Of a stretch of DNA of 45,654 nucleotides, positions 8,913 through 17,211 are shown one piece after another (the first letter of the stretch is position 1; each line of letters begins with the position of its first letter). Location of the stretch: NCBI GenBank assembly GCA_030695785.1, contig JAUYPR010000055.1:1-45654 (forward strand), written 5' to 3'. Source of the stretch: a bacterium (lineage in GTDB: Bacteria; Patescibacteriota; Microgenomatia; JAUYPR01). The notes beneath the pieces are model-generated. The model was not told the DNA's origin. It saw only the letters and a list, made by a program, of their open reading frames with translations, and searched no databases. A program made the translations under genes and the position numbers.

Positions 8913-9723
8913 AAGTCTGGTCGGATTTTTCCTCGCCATCAGTCTATCGTTCATCATGGCAACACCGATTCTCGCCACCGTTGCCTCGGAGAGTGCGCGA
9001 GAACACCAATCGATTGATGCGATTCTTCCTATGCTCTTAGAGAAATATAACGTGACGACCATCCAGGCACTCCCTTGCGACAGCCTTTCCGAGGATGATT
9101 TGGAGAGGCTGGGGGATGCGTGGATGGAAACCATTCATCCTGGACAGGCGCATGAGGGAATGGATCGCATGATGGGCGGCGAAGGGTCGGAAAACCTGCG
9201 GGCCGCACACATTCAAATGGGCAGAAATTACCTGGGGTGTGACAGGTCGAGTTGGGGTGGGATGGGTGCTGGCATGATGGGCGGAGGATTCATGTCCATG
9301 ATGAACAATAGCCGATGGGCATGGCACAGCAATCGTTTCATTCCTTCTTGGTATCCAACCCCGTGGTTTTTGACAACACTTCTTTTTCTCACTATCGCGG
9401 CGGTCAGTCTCTTTCTTCTCCATCGACGTATGAGAGGGGGTGAGGAACACAACATGAAACTCGATAAAATTGTTCTTGCCAATGCGCTTGGCTTGACTGG
9501 CGCAATCTTGTGGGTCATCTGTCTTCTTTTGATCACATTATTCCCGGGATTGGTCGGTCTTGGCACACGGATGTGGTTCCACGCAATTGGGATGAGTGCG
9601 GCTCCGGCAGGAAATCTGACTATCACCGACGCTATTTTCGGCGGAATCACATTTATTGCCGCTTCGTGGCTCATCGGTTTTCTCTTCGCATGGATTTGGG
9701 AAGCGTTAAGTAAACGGGCGTAG
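8902..9723 (+). CDS. Met/Gly/His-rich exported protein with a C-terminal multi-TM module
   Basis: GTG start with a signal-like N-terminus (VAHRSLVGFFLAISLSFIMATPILA). Met-rich tracts: HPGQAHEGMDRMMGGEG and GGMGAGMMGGGFMSMM. The C-terminal hydrophobic module begins at MKLDKIVLANALGLTGAILWVICLLLITLF. The start codon is uncertain; an ATG lies at 8956. Confidence 0.6.
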   Translation: MAHRSLVGFFLAISLSFIMATPILATVASESAREHQSIDAILPMLLEKYNVTTIQALPCDSLSEDDLERLGDAWMETIHPGQAHEGMDRMMGGEGSENLRAAHIQMGRNYLGCDRSSWGGMGAGMMGGGFMSMMNNSRWAWHSNRFIPSWYPTPWFLTTLLFLTIAAVSLFLLHRRMRGGEEHNMKLDKIVLANALGLTGAILWVICLLLITLFPGLVGLGTRMWFHAIGMSAAPAGNLTITDAIFGGITFIAASWLIGFLFAWIWEALSKRA

Positions 9724-9735
9724 GCGGAACGAACA

Positions 9736-10569
9736 ATGATACAAATTTCTCTTATTGCTGCATTTCTTGCCGGCATGGTGGCGCTTTTTGCGCCGTGTTG
9801 CATTTCGTATCTTTTGCCCGCCTATTTCGGCACCATTTTTAAAGAACGCTCGCGCGTGCTTTTGATGACGGTCGTCTATTCCCTTGGCATTTTCCTCGTC
9901 ATGCTCCCTATTGTCCTCGGAGCGCGAGCGCTTGCTCTCTTTTTCTTCCGCATCCACGACTCAACGTATCTCATTGGAAGTCTTGTGATGCTCGGGGTTG
10001 GCATCCTGTCATTGCTTGGCCTTAAACTTCCAATGCCAGCCATCGGGTTTCAACAAAAACGACCCGGAGATATTCCTTCTGTCTTCATGCTGGGCGTCTT
10101 CTCCGGCATCACGTCCGTCTGCTGTGCGCCGGTGCTCATTGGCGTGTTGACCTTGAGTAGCCTGACTCCAACGACGCTGCAGGCGTTGGGCGTGGGTGGA
10201 GCGTACGTGCTTGGCATGGTTGCGCCGCTCTATATAACGTCTCTCCTCATCTCCCGCGGGAATCTTTTGGAGCGTCCATTCTTCAAACGCCGCCTCGGCA
10301 CCATTCATTTGGCCGGACAAGCGTTTCCCCTTTTTGTTTCCAACCTCATCGCCGCAGCCATCTTCCTCATCACGGGTTCACTCATGCTATTTTTGACCCT
10401 GACAGGAAATGTCGGTATGCCAACCGACGACCGATTCACAGGCATGATCAACGCCACCGCCTTTCGGGCCACGGAGATGACGCAATCAATCCCGGGGGTC
10501 AACGTGGTGGCCGCTGTTTTGCTCGTCTTTTTCTTGGTTCGACTGCTAACGTATGTCATAAAGGAATAA
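9736..10569 (+). CDS. CcdA/DsbD-like polytopic membrane protein (thiol-disulfide transfer family) with two CC pairs
   Basis: [27 protein letters not shown] resembles the CcdA N-terminal motif. A second pair occurs in [15 protein letters not shown]. At least 6 predicted TM helices. Confidence 0.7.
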   Translation: MIQISLIAAFLAGMVALFAPCCISYLLPAYFGTIFKERSRVLLMTVVYSLGIFLVMLPIVLGARALALFFFRIHDSTYLIGSLVMLGVGILSLLGLKLPMPAIGFQQKRPGDIPSVFMLGVFSGITSVCCAPVLIGVLTLSSLTPTTLQALGVGGAYVLGMVAPLYITSLLISRGNLLERPFFKRRLGTIHLAGQAFPLFVSNLIAAAIFLITGSLMLFLTLTGNVGMPTDDRFTGMINATAFRATEMTQSIPGVNVVAAVLLVFFLVRLLTYVIKE

Positions 10570-10570
10570 T

Positions 10571-12619
10571 ATGAATGCAATGAAAACACTCTATACGTGT
10601 CCGATGGACCCAGATGTTCTGTCTGACAAACCAGGAATATGCCCAAAGTGCGGCATGGCGCTGACACCCATAGGCGGGAAACACGCCGACCATCATGGCC
10701 ACCATTCATCGATGGAGGAGGATTTCCGCAAACGGTTTTTCCTGACCCTTCCCCTGGTCATTGCGACGCTGCTTCTTTCCCCGACCATTCAACAATGGCT
10801 CCCATTTCCCTTCACCATTCCTTGGCAAGATTGGCTCGTGTTTGTGTTTGGATCTGTGGTTGTGCTGTTTGGCGGCAAGCCGTTTTTCGTGGCCGCAAAA
10901 GGAGAGCTTTCCGCCCGCAATTTTGGGATGATGACCCTGGTTGCGTTTGCCCTTACCGTCGGCTATGTCTTCTCGGTCGCGGCAACGTTGTTCTTTCCTC
11001 TAGAATCATTCTACTGGGAGCTTGCAACATTGGTGTCGGTTTTTCTCCTCGGGCATTGGCTGGAGATGCGGGCAGTGCGCGGAACCACGGGCGCGCTGGC
11101 CGAGCTGACGAAACTCCTTCCGCCGATCGCACATCTTCTCCATGATAAAGAAATCCGCGATGTCGACCTTTCAACGATCAAAAAAGGCGATCGCGTGCTT
11201 ATCCGCCCTGGAGAAAAAATCCCGATTGATGGCAATGTGGTCGAGGGAGAAAGTAGCGTGAATGAATCCATGATCACCGGCGAATCGAAACCGGTGCAGA
11301 AACGTGTTGGCGACGCCGTCATTGGCGGCTCGCTCAATGCTGACGGGTCGTTGACAATTGTGGTCACAAAAACAGGAGAGGAAACAACCATCGCGCAGAT
11401 TATACAGCTCATTGCTGATGCGCAGTCGTCCAAACCCAAGGCGCAAGAACTTGCCGATCGCGCAGCCAACATCCTGACCATTGTTGCCATCGTGGTTGGA
11501 ACAGGGACATTTGTGTATTGGATGTTTCTCTCCCCTGCTGGTGCGGTGGTTGCAGCAACATTTGCGGTCTCGGTCGTGGTCATTGCCTGTCCGCACGCGT
11601 TGGGCCTTGCGATTCCAACTGTCACCACGATTACCACCACACTCGCGGCAAAACACGGCATCCTGATCAAGAACATGAAGGGGCTCGAGGCTGCACGCAA
11701 GGTCAATGCAGTGGTGTTTGACAAAACCGGGACATTAACAACGGGGAATTTTGGCGTGGAAGGGTCGGTCGATGACAACATCCTTCGGCTGGCTGCTGCC
11801 GTCGAACAACATTCTCAGCATAGTTTAGCTCGCGGCATTGTGGAGGAAGCAAACCGACGCAACCTGACTATTCCTCCCGCGCAGCAATTTCAATCCTTTC
11901 CTGGAAAAGGAGCGCTTGCAGTTGTGGAAGGAAAACGCGTCCTTGTGGGAAACGCCGAGCTCCTCAAAGATCACCGTATCAATCCTCCATCGGATACCGA
12001 GAGAAAAGGAGCCACACCCGTCTTTGTTGTTGTTGATTCCACACCCACTGTTCTCTTTCTTTCGGACACGGTCCGGGAAGAATCCAAACAGGCCATAACA
12101 GCGCTCAAGCGCATGGGTATCCAAACCGTGATGCTCACCGGAGACACAGATGACGTGGCAAATGTCGTCGGTTCATCTCTCGACATTGACACGGTCTTTA
12201 GCCGCGTCCTCCCAGATCAAAAAGTAGACCGGGTGAAGGAACTCCAGCGCCAAGGGAAAATCGTTGCGATGGTCGGAGATGGAGTAAATGACGCGCCCAG
12301 TCTCACGCAAGCCCATGTCGGTATCGCTATCGGAAGTGGGACGGATGTGGCGGTGGAATCGGCTGACATTGTGCTGATGAAAAGCAATCCGCTGGATATC
12401 GTCACGGTCTTTACCCTTTCGCGCGCGACGAACAGAAAAATGATGCAGAATCTCTTCTGGGCAGCCGGCTACAATCTTCTTGCTATCCCAGTTGCCGCGG
12501 GACTACTGACGCCATACGGAATCATGATGCGGCCGGAATGGGCAGCGCTGTTGATGAGCATGTCCTCTGTCATTGTGGTCGCGAATGCATTGCTGTTGCG
12601 CCGCACAAAGCTCGCGTGA
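10571..12619 (+). CDS. copB: Heavy-metal (copper) translocating P1B-type ATPase, CPH-motif subtype (CopB-like)
   Basis: P-type motifs: TGES (ITGESKP), DKTGTLT ([11 protein letters not shown]), [10 protein letters not shown]6 motif is [11 protein letters not shown] (CPH). N-terminal Cys-rich metal-binding domain [24 protein letters not shown], followed by His-rich HADHHGHH. Confidence 0.92.
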   Translation: MNAMKTLYTCPMDPDVLSDKPGICPKCGMALTPIGGKHADHHGHHSSMEEDFRKRFFLTLPLVIATLLLSPTIQQWLPFPFTIPWQDWLVFVFGSVVVLFGGKPFFVAAKGELSARNFGMMTLVAFALTVGYVFSVAATLFFPLESFYWELATLVSVFLLGHWLEMRAVRGTTGALAELTKLLPPIAHLLHDKEIRDVDLSTIKKGDRVLIRPGEKIPIDGNVVEGESSVNESMITGESKPVQKRVGDAVIGGSLNADGSLTIVVTKTGEETTIAQIIQLIADAQSSKPKAQELADRAANILTIVAIVVGTGTFVYWMFLSPAGAVVAATFAVSVVVIACPHALGLAIPTVTTITTTLAAKHGILIKNMKGLEAARKVNAVVFDKTGTLTTGNFGVEGSVDDNILRLAAAVEQHSQHSLARGIVEEANRRNLTIPPAQQFQSFPGKGALAVVEGKRVLVGNAELLKDHRINPPSDTERKGATPVFVVVDSTPTVLFLSDTVREESKQAITALKRMGIQTVMLTGDTDDVANVVGSSLDIDTVFSRVLPDQKVDRVKELQRQGKIVAMVGDGVNDAPSLTQAHVGIAIGSGTDVAVESADIVLMKSNPLDIVTVFTLSRATNRKMMQNLFWAAGYNLLAIPVAAGLLTPYGIMMRPEWAALLMSMSSVIVVANALLLRRTKLA

Positions 12620-12620
12620 T

Positions 12621-13772
12621 TTATGACCCTATACACCGACTTTTCCAGGATACATCTTTCATCTTCCCACACAATGCATTCCGCTGTGCTCCGGCGTGCG
12701 GGTAATAGGCACGAATAATCCCAACCAGATCTTGCCAACACCGATCTTGACCGCCGCTGATCATCCGCCCGCAGATTTTAAATGGTAACTCGCGGTCGCC
12801 GACAGAAAAAGAGGCTTTCGCGTTGGATGCAATACATGCTTCATCCCACGGCTTGGGCAAAAGCCCGCACATTCGGAACGTCTCATCCATGCTTCCTTTG
12901 GTCAATGGGTGAATCTGGCGGCTAAGGCCGTCAAAACAGGTTTCTTGGTGCTCTTTATCTTGGATGGTTTGACAAATCGATGCAACGTTGGAAAGGTCGC
13001 CGTGAAATCGTTGGTATAAAAGGCTTGGCTGGTTTGACCAGCATCCCTTGATGTATTTTGAGGCGATGCGGGAATCGTTGCAGGGGTAATACGGATCGTC
13101 ATCTTTGACCCACCGATCCGGTGCCGGCTTTCCGCCACCATGGACCGCCCAAACATTTTCCATAAACGCGCCATCATAACAATTATAGACGGGAAAATTT
13201 TTCGATTTTGTCGTCAGCTCATCACACATGGAAAGCGATGTCGTGAGATTCACATACCCGACCCACGCTAAGAATCCGTGTCCGATCGCATGCGAACACT
13301 GAATAGCAACATGTTCACCGCTCTTCCAACATTGCTCCATGACTCCTACAAGCGCATCCATTCCCCCATCGCCCACGGCGTCGATCACAAACCCGTGATA
13401 GCAAGAAGAAAGAAAATAATCCTTGCACTTTCCTAGCCCCGATGTTCCTTCATGAACATAAAGCCACTCTCCAACTGTGTGGTTCAAAAGGTGCGTCTGC
13501 CCGTCGAACGGCAGCCCTGAATTTTGCAGCGCTTCTTGCGCCTCCTCCACTCCCACGCGCTCGATAAGGGCTTTGTAGCGTGCAACTTGCACCTCGAGAC
13601 TATTCGTGTTTTGGATGATCGCAAGAATTTCTGGTGGAGAACCGGCAGATTCCAGTGTTGGCGGCGGAAAAGGACGCTCCATCGGTTTACCCCCAAGCCC
13701 GAATCGTACACTGACGAGACCAGCCAAGAGAAGAATAATTGCTCCAAAAAGAAGGATGAGCTTTGCTCGCAT
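12621..13772 (-). CDS. Secreted Cys/His-rich protein, paralog of the C-terminal domain of 2951-4393
   Basis: Signal/anchor KLILLFGAIILLLAGLVSV. Same motif order as the paralog: HLLNH, CKDYFLSSCYHGF, CSHAIGHG, NCYDGAFME, DPYYPCN, CWSNQP. It converges on copB with only 1 nt between the two stops. Confidence 0.8.
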   Translation of the reverse strand: MRAKLILLFGAIILLLAGLVSVRFGLGGKPMERPFPPPTLESAGSPPEILAIIQNTNSLEVQVARYKALIERVGVEEAQEALQNSGLPFDGQTHLLNHTVGEWLYVHEGTSGLGKCKDYFLSSCYHGFVIDAVGDGGMDALVGVMEQCWKSGEHVAIQCSHAIGHGFLAWVGYVNLTTSLSMCDELTTKSKNFPVYNCYDGAFMENVWAVHGGGKPAPDRWVKDDDPYYPCNDSRIASKYIKGCWSNQPSLLYQRFHGDLSNVASICQTIQDKEHQETCFDGLSRQIHPLTKGSMDETFRMCGLLPKPWDEACIASNAKASFSVGDRELPFKICGRMISGGQDRCWQDLVGIIRAYYPHAGAQRNALCGKMKDVSWKSRCIGS

Positions 13773-13805
13773 CGTTTGTTAGTGTATCATTTTCAGCGGG
13801 TTATG

Positions 13806-13844
13806 CCCGCGCGGGAAAAGTGCGGGAATTATGCGGGAATTAAG
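13806..13844. repeat. 10-bp palindrome plus three 11-bp-phased direct repeats (GCGGGAAWWRT) in a divergent intergenic region
   Basis: CCCGCGCGGG (13806-13815), then GCGGGAAAAGT (13811-13821), GCGGGAATTAT (13822-13832) and GCGGGAATTAAG (13833-13844). The 12-mer TGCGGGAATTAA recurs at 15541-15552. Confidence 0.6.
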
Positions 13845-13894
13845 TTTGTGGAAAGGTTCTTCTAGACACAGGTCTGTTACCATAAGAATCTCAC

Positions 13895-14095
13895 ATGGTG
13901 CCGTATTTAAACAACCGGCAGATTGATCGTCTATCTGAATTTGTCGCAAACTTGGGTCTCGTGTTCATTGCTGGAGTTGTAACGCCGCTATTTTCCGAGA
14001 AAGAGTCCATCAATCTTTTCTCTCTGATGTTAGGAGTTGTTCTTATGGGATCTGCTCTCTGCATGAGTATGATATTATTGAGGGGGAAGAGATGA
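13895..14095 (+). CDS. Small hydrophobic membrane protein
   Basis: 66-aa ORF with two hydrophobic helices (LGLVFIAGVVTPLF and LMLGVVLMGSALCMSMILL). Confidence 0.45.
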   Translation: MVPYLNNRQIDRLSEFVANLGLVFIAGVVTPLFSEKESINLFSLMLGVVLMGSALCMSMILLRGKR

Positions 14096-14214
14096 ATATT
14101 GTCATCGGACCACTCGAAGCATTTTACATTGCTGGTGCCATTGCACTTCTCGCCGTTGCGATTATTGTTTATCCAACCCTACGCCAAAACCTCAAACAGT
14201 CATCGAGGCGGTAA
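14092..14214 (+). CDS. Unlisted 40-aa single-TM micro-protein
   Basis: The ATG at 14092 overlaps the upstream TGA (ATGA). GAGGGGGA lies just upstream. Translation: MNIVIGPLEAFYIAGAIALLAVAIIVYPTLRQNLKQSSRR. It falls below the ORF-track length cutoff. Confidence 0.35.
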   Translation: MNIVIGPLEAFYIAGAIALLAVAIIVYPTLRQNLKQSSRR

Positions 14215-14252
14215 CATCGAAATCATCTATCTTCTATGCTAGGATAGTTTTT

Positions 14253-14924
14253 ATGTTCGTTTACCTTACCCTGGTTGGATTGTTTTTCCTTTGCTGGCTC
14301 TTCTTTTTTCTCTCAAGAAAAGATCTCCGAACTGAAATGCTTGTATCAAGCATCGTTGTGTGGCTCTTTGCTTTTTTCGACTATCTCGCACAACCACAAT
14401 ATTGGCATCCTCCAACATTTTTCTCCATTCCTATAGGAATTGAAGGTTTTCTTTTTGCATTCTGCTTCAGCGGAATCGCTGCGGTCATCTATGAAGAAAT
14501 TGCCGGGAAGCGACTTCGAAAAATTCGTGAGCAGAATGCCACGAAAATTATTCATTGGCTCATTGCAGTCTTTATCCTTTTTGCATCACTGATAGGATCC
14601 TTTCTGTTTCACATCAATATCATGCTCACACTGGTTCCGTTATTAGCGGTCGGCGCTGTACTCATCGGTCTTACACGACCCGACCTCCGACTTCCAATGA
14701 TATATTCAGGCCTTACGTTCGGACTTCTTTATGGTCTCCTTTTCTTTCTTTGGATGACAATTTTCCCAACATCTCAACAGTGGTGGAATCTTGAAATTTT
14801 TTGGTGGCTGACGATTGGCGGAGTTCCCTTGGGCGAAGTGCTGTTTGGATTCGCGTTTGGCGCATTTTGGGGTCCGTTGTATGAGTTTTTATTCGGATAC
14901 AGGCTCGTTCGGAACAGAACTTAA
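14253..14924 (+). CDS. Polytopic integral membrane protein, family not recognised
   Basis: 223-aa ORF with about 6-7 hydrophobic helices. TGcTAGGAT (-10) lies 7 nt upstream of the ATG. Confidence 0.65.
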   Translation: MFVYLTLVGLFFLCWLFFFLSRKDLRTEMLVSSIVVWLFAFFDYLAQPQYWHPPTFFSIPIGIEGFLFAFCFSGIAAVIYEEIAGKRLRKIREQNATKIIHWLIAVFILFASLIGSFLFHINIMLTLVPLLAVGAVLIGLTRPDLRLPMIYSGLTFGLLYGLLFFLWMTIFPTSQQWWNLEIFWWLTIGGVPLGEVLFGFAFGAFWGPLYEFLFGYRLVRNRT

Positions 14925-14941
14925 AAATCCACGCCTTGCAC

Positions 14942-14977
14942 TTGACATATAAAATTTTATATAGTACTCTATGTAGT
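14942..14977 (+). promoter_or_regulatory. Promoter with a perfect 16-bp palindrome (probable autoregulatory operator of the TA pair)
   Basis: TTGACA (14942-14947), 17-nt spacer, TACTCT (14965-14970), 7 nt, ATG at 14978. The palindrome ATATAAAATTTTATAT (14947-14962) fills the spacer. Confidence 0.45.
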
Positions 14978-15253
14978 ATGAATACACTTATGCCTTATAC
15001 AGTTCCTGTATCTGACATCCAAAAAAACTATCGGAAGGTTTTTGACTGGGCAAAAAGGACGAAAAAACCTGTGATTGTTTTGACTCATAATAAGCCTGAT
15101 GTGGCAATTATTGATTATGATGAGTTGGAAATGTTAAGAAAAGTCGCGTATGAAGTAGAAATACAAGATACACTCAGTGCAGTAGAAGAAGGGAGAAGGG
15201 AATACAAACAAGGCAGGACGATGAAGGCAAACTCTCTTGCTGATCTCATTTGA
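14978..15253 (+). CDS. Phd/YefM-family antitoxin
   Basis: MNTLMPYTVPVSDIQKNYRKVFDWAKRTKKPVIVLTHNKPDVAIIDYDELEMLRK is a typical Phd/YefM N-terminal fold. The track start at 14936 lies inside the promoter. Confidence 0.8.
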   Translation: MNTLMPYTVPVSDIQKNYRKVFDWAKRTKKPVIVLTHNKPDVAIIDYDELEMLRKVAYEVEIQDTLSAVEEGRREYKQGRTMKANSLADLI

Positions 15254-15522
15254 TGACACACCTTCAAGTAGAGTACTCCAGTCGCTTTGTTAAACAGTTG
15301 AAGAAACTGACGCCCCAAAAACAAAAACAGGCGATTCAGGCAGAGAAATTATTTAAAAAAGACCCATTTTCTCAAACATTGAAAGCCCATAAACTTCGTG
15401 GTCGGTTAGAGGGTCTCTGGGCATTTTCCATCAACGAGAAGGAGAGGATCATATTTGAATTTTTAGGGAAAGAGAAGGTTCTATTCTACAAAATTGGTAG
15501 CCACGATATCTACAAGGTATAG
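15253..15522 (+). CDS. RelE/ParE-superfamily toxin
   Basis: The ATG overlaps the antitoxin TGA by 1 nt. KAHKLRGRLEGLWAFSINEKERIIFEF is a typical RelE/StbE-type core. Confidence 0.8.
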   Translation: MTHLQVEYSSRFVKQLKKLTPQKQKQAIQAEKLFKKDPFSQTLKAHKLRGRLEGLWAFSINEKERIIFEFLGKEKVLFYKIGSHDIYKV

Positions 15523-15548
15523 AAAGTCTGTTTACACTCCTGCGGGAA

Positions 15549-16082
15549 TTAAAAATCGATCCCCTTGGTTGCTTGGCGGCCGGTTGAAAATGGGTGTTTG
15601 ATTTCTTTCATTTCCGTGACAAGATCGGCGCGGGCAACAAGCCATTTCGGCGCATGCCGGCCGGTCAAAACCAGGTGCGTCGGTTCTGGCTTCTGACGCA
15701 GGATTGACTCAACATCTTTCCGCATCACCAAACGGCCTCGGAGCGCTCCTAACAGTTCGTCCAGGATGACGAGTTGGTATGTTTCGTCTCCAAGAACATC
15801 TCCCACTTTCTTCAGGGCATATTGGGCCTTTTTTCGATGGACGTCGCGGGGTTTTTTGTCGCCCATGATACCGACAAATCCACTGCCCAATGCTTCTATA
15901 TGAATATTCTTGAGATTCTTTCGAATGACGGCTCGCTCGCCTGACGGCCAGGCTTCCTCTTTCACGAATTGCAAAACAGCAACCTTCCACCCATAGCCAG
16001 ATGCCCGCAGCGCCATACCGAGGGCGGCCGTGGTTTTCCCTTTCCCGTTTCCTGTATAGACAATGAGGAGGCCGTGGTCCAT
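15549..16082 (-). CDS. cobO: Cob(I)yrinic acid a,c-diamide / cob(I)alamin adenosyltransferase (CobA/CobO/BtuR family)
   Basis: LLIVYTGNGKGKTTAALGMALRASGYGWKVAVLQFVK, LVILDE and IKHPF are family hallmarks. Confidence 0.85.
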   Translation of the reverse strand: MDHGLLIVYTGNGKGKTTAALGMALRASGYGWKVAVLQFVKEEAWPSGERAVIRKNLKNIHIEALGSGFVGIMGDKKPRDVHRKKAQYALKKVGDVLGDETYQLVILDELLGALRGRLVMRKDVESILRQKPEPTHLVLTGRHAPKWLVARADLVTEMKEIKHPFSTGRQATKGIDF

Positions 16083-16087
16083 GCGGA

Positions 16088-17206
16088 TTACGTGGCAAGC
16101 TCGAGGTAATCTTTGAGTTTTTTACTCCGGGTTGGATGCCGCAGTTTGCGAATGGCTTTTGCTTCAATTTGGCGAATCCGCTCGCGCGTTACCCCAAATT
16201 CTCTCCCGACTTCTTCCAATGTCCGCGCCTTCCCGTCCTGCAAACCGAAACGCAGCTGCAGAACCTTTCGCTCCCGATCTGACAGCGTCCCCAAAACTTC
16301 TTCCACTTGATTCTTTAAAAGCTCTTGCGCGGCTTTTTCATCCGGCGACAAATCTGACGTCGGCACAAAATCTGAAAGGTGGCTGTCCTCTTCTTCCCCC
16401 ACCGGCGTTTCCAGTGAAGCCGGTTCTTGCGACACTTTGATAATCTCCCGAATTTTCGACACATCCACCTCCATGGCTTTGGCGACTTCCTCTGGGAGCG
16501 GTTCGCGCCCCAACTCCTGCATGAGCCGGCGGGAGATACGGACAAACCGATTAATCGTCTCCACCATGTGAACCGGGATGCGGATGGTCCGGGCCTGGTC
16601 GGCAATCGCGCGTGTAATGGCTTGGCGAATCCACCAGGTTGCATACGTCGAAAACTTATACCCCCGCTTGTAATCAAACTTTTCAACCGCTCGGATTAAT
16701 CCCTGATTGCCTTCTTGAATCAGGTCCAAAAGTGTGAGCCCACGGCCGACATATTTTTTTGCAATCGAGACGACTAAGCGTAAATTCGCTTCAATCAGCG
16801 CGCGTTTTGCCTGAAGACTCCCAGCTTCAATGCGTTTGGCTAAATCAACTTCCTGCTCATAGGTTAAAAGCGAAATGCGGCCAATTTCCCGGAGATATTG
16901 GCGAACCGGGTCGGTGACAAATTTGTCTCCCACTGTTACCAAGAGCTCGAGTTCTTTCGCAAGGTCGGAAGAAATCTCTAAATCCTGCTCCGCCTCCTCG
17001 GCATTCACGTCAAACACGTCCACGCCGAGTACTAAAAGCCTTTCGTACATCTCATCCAGTTCCTGCAAATGCAGTTCCGCGCGGGGGAATGCCTGGAGTA
17101 CGTCGTCTTGCGTCAAAAACCCTCCCCGTTTCCCCTTTTCGATCAGGGAGCGGATCTTCTCTTTCTGGGTTTTCGGCAATGATGGTTTTGTTTTTTTGGT
17201 GGCCAT
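16088..17206 (-). CDS. rpoD: RNA polymerase primary sigma factor (sigma70)
   Basis: Region 2 ([41 protein letters not shown]), region 3, and region 4 ([15 protein letters not shown]...[20 protein letters not shown]). Confidence 0.95.
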   Translation of the reverse strand: MATKKTKPSLPKTQKEKIRSLIEKGKRGGFLTQDDVLQAFPRAELHLQELDEMYERLLVLGVDVFDVNAEEAEQDLEISSDLAKELELLVTVGDKFVTDPVRQYLREIGRISLLTYEQEVDLAKRIEAGSLQAKRALIEANLRLVVSIAKKYVGRGLTLLDLIQEGNQGLIRAVEKFDYKRGYKFSTYATWWIRQAITRAIADQARTIRIPVHMVETINRFVRISRRLMQELGREPLPEEVAKAMEVDVSKIREIIKVSQEPASLETPVGEEEDSHLSDFVPTSDLSPDEKAAQELLKNQVEEVLGTLSDRERKVLQLRFGLQDGKARTLEEVGREFGVTRERIRQIEAKAIRKLRHPTRSKKLKDYLELAT

Positions 17207-17211
17207 GGGAT

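Noticed and set aside
11011-11781. 256-aa minus-strand ORF inside copB, plus similar antisense ORFs (9228-9803 within the Met-rich/CcdA genes; 17458-18201 and 17342-17860 within dnaG; 30085-31057 within the SpoIID gene; 41973-42525 within the VirB6-like gene)
   Set aside because: These are antisense shadow ORFs of confidently identified genes. Their composition is low-complexity and Ser/Arg/Thr-rich, and no independent start signals are present.
13806-13844. Possible mini-CRISPR array or other CRISPR array anywhere in the window
   Set aside because: The repeats are only 11 nt, lie directly adjacent with no spacers, and number three copies. No 24-40-nt repeat/spacer periodicity or cas genes were seen in the window.
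15549-16082. cobO as evidence of cobalamin biosynthesis
   Set aside because: It is a single adenosyltransferase gene with no other cob/cbi genes in the window. It is more likely a salvage-type or moonlighting function, so no pathway claim is made.
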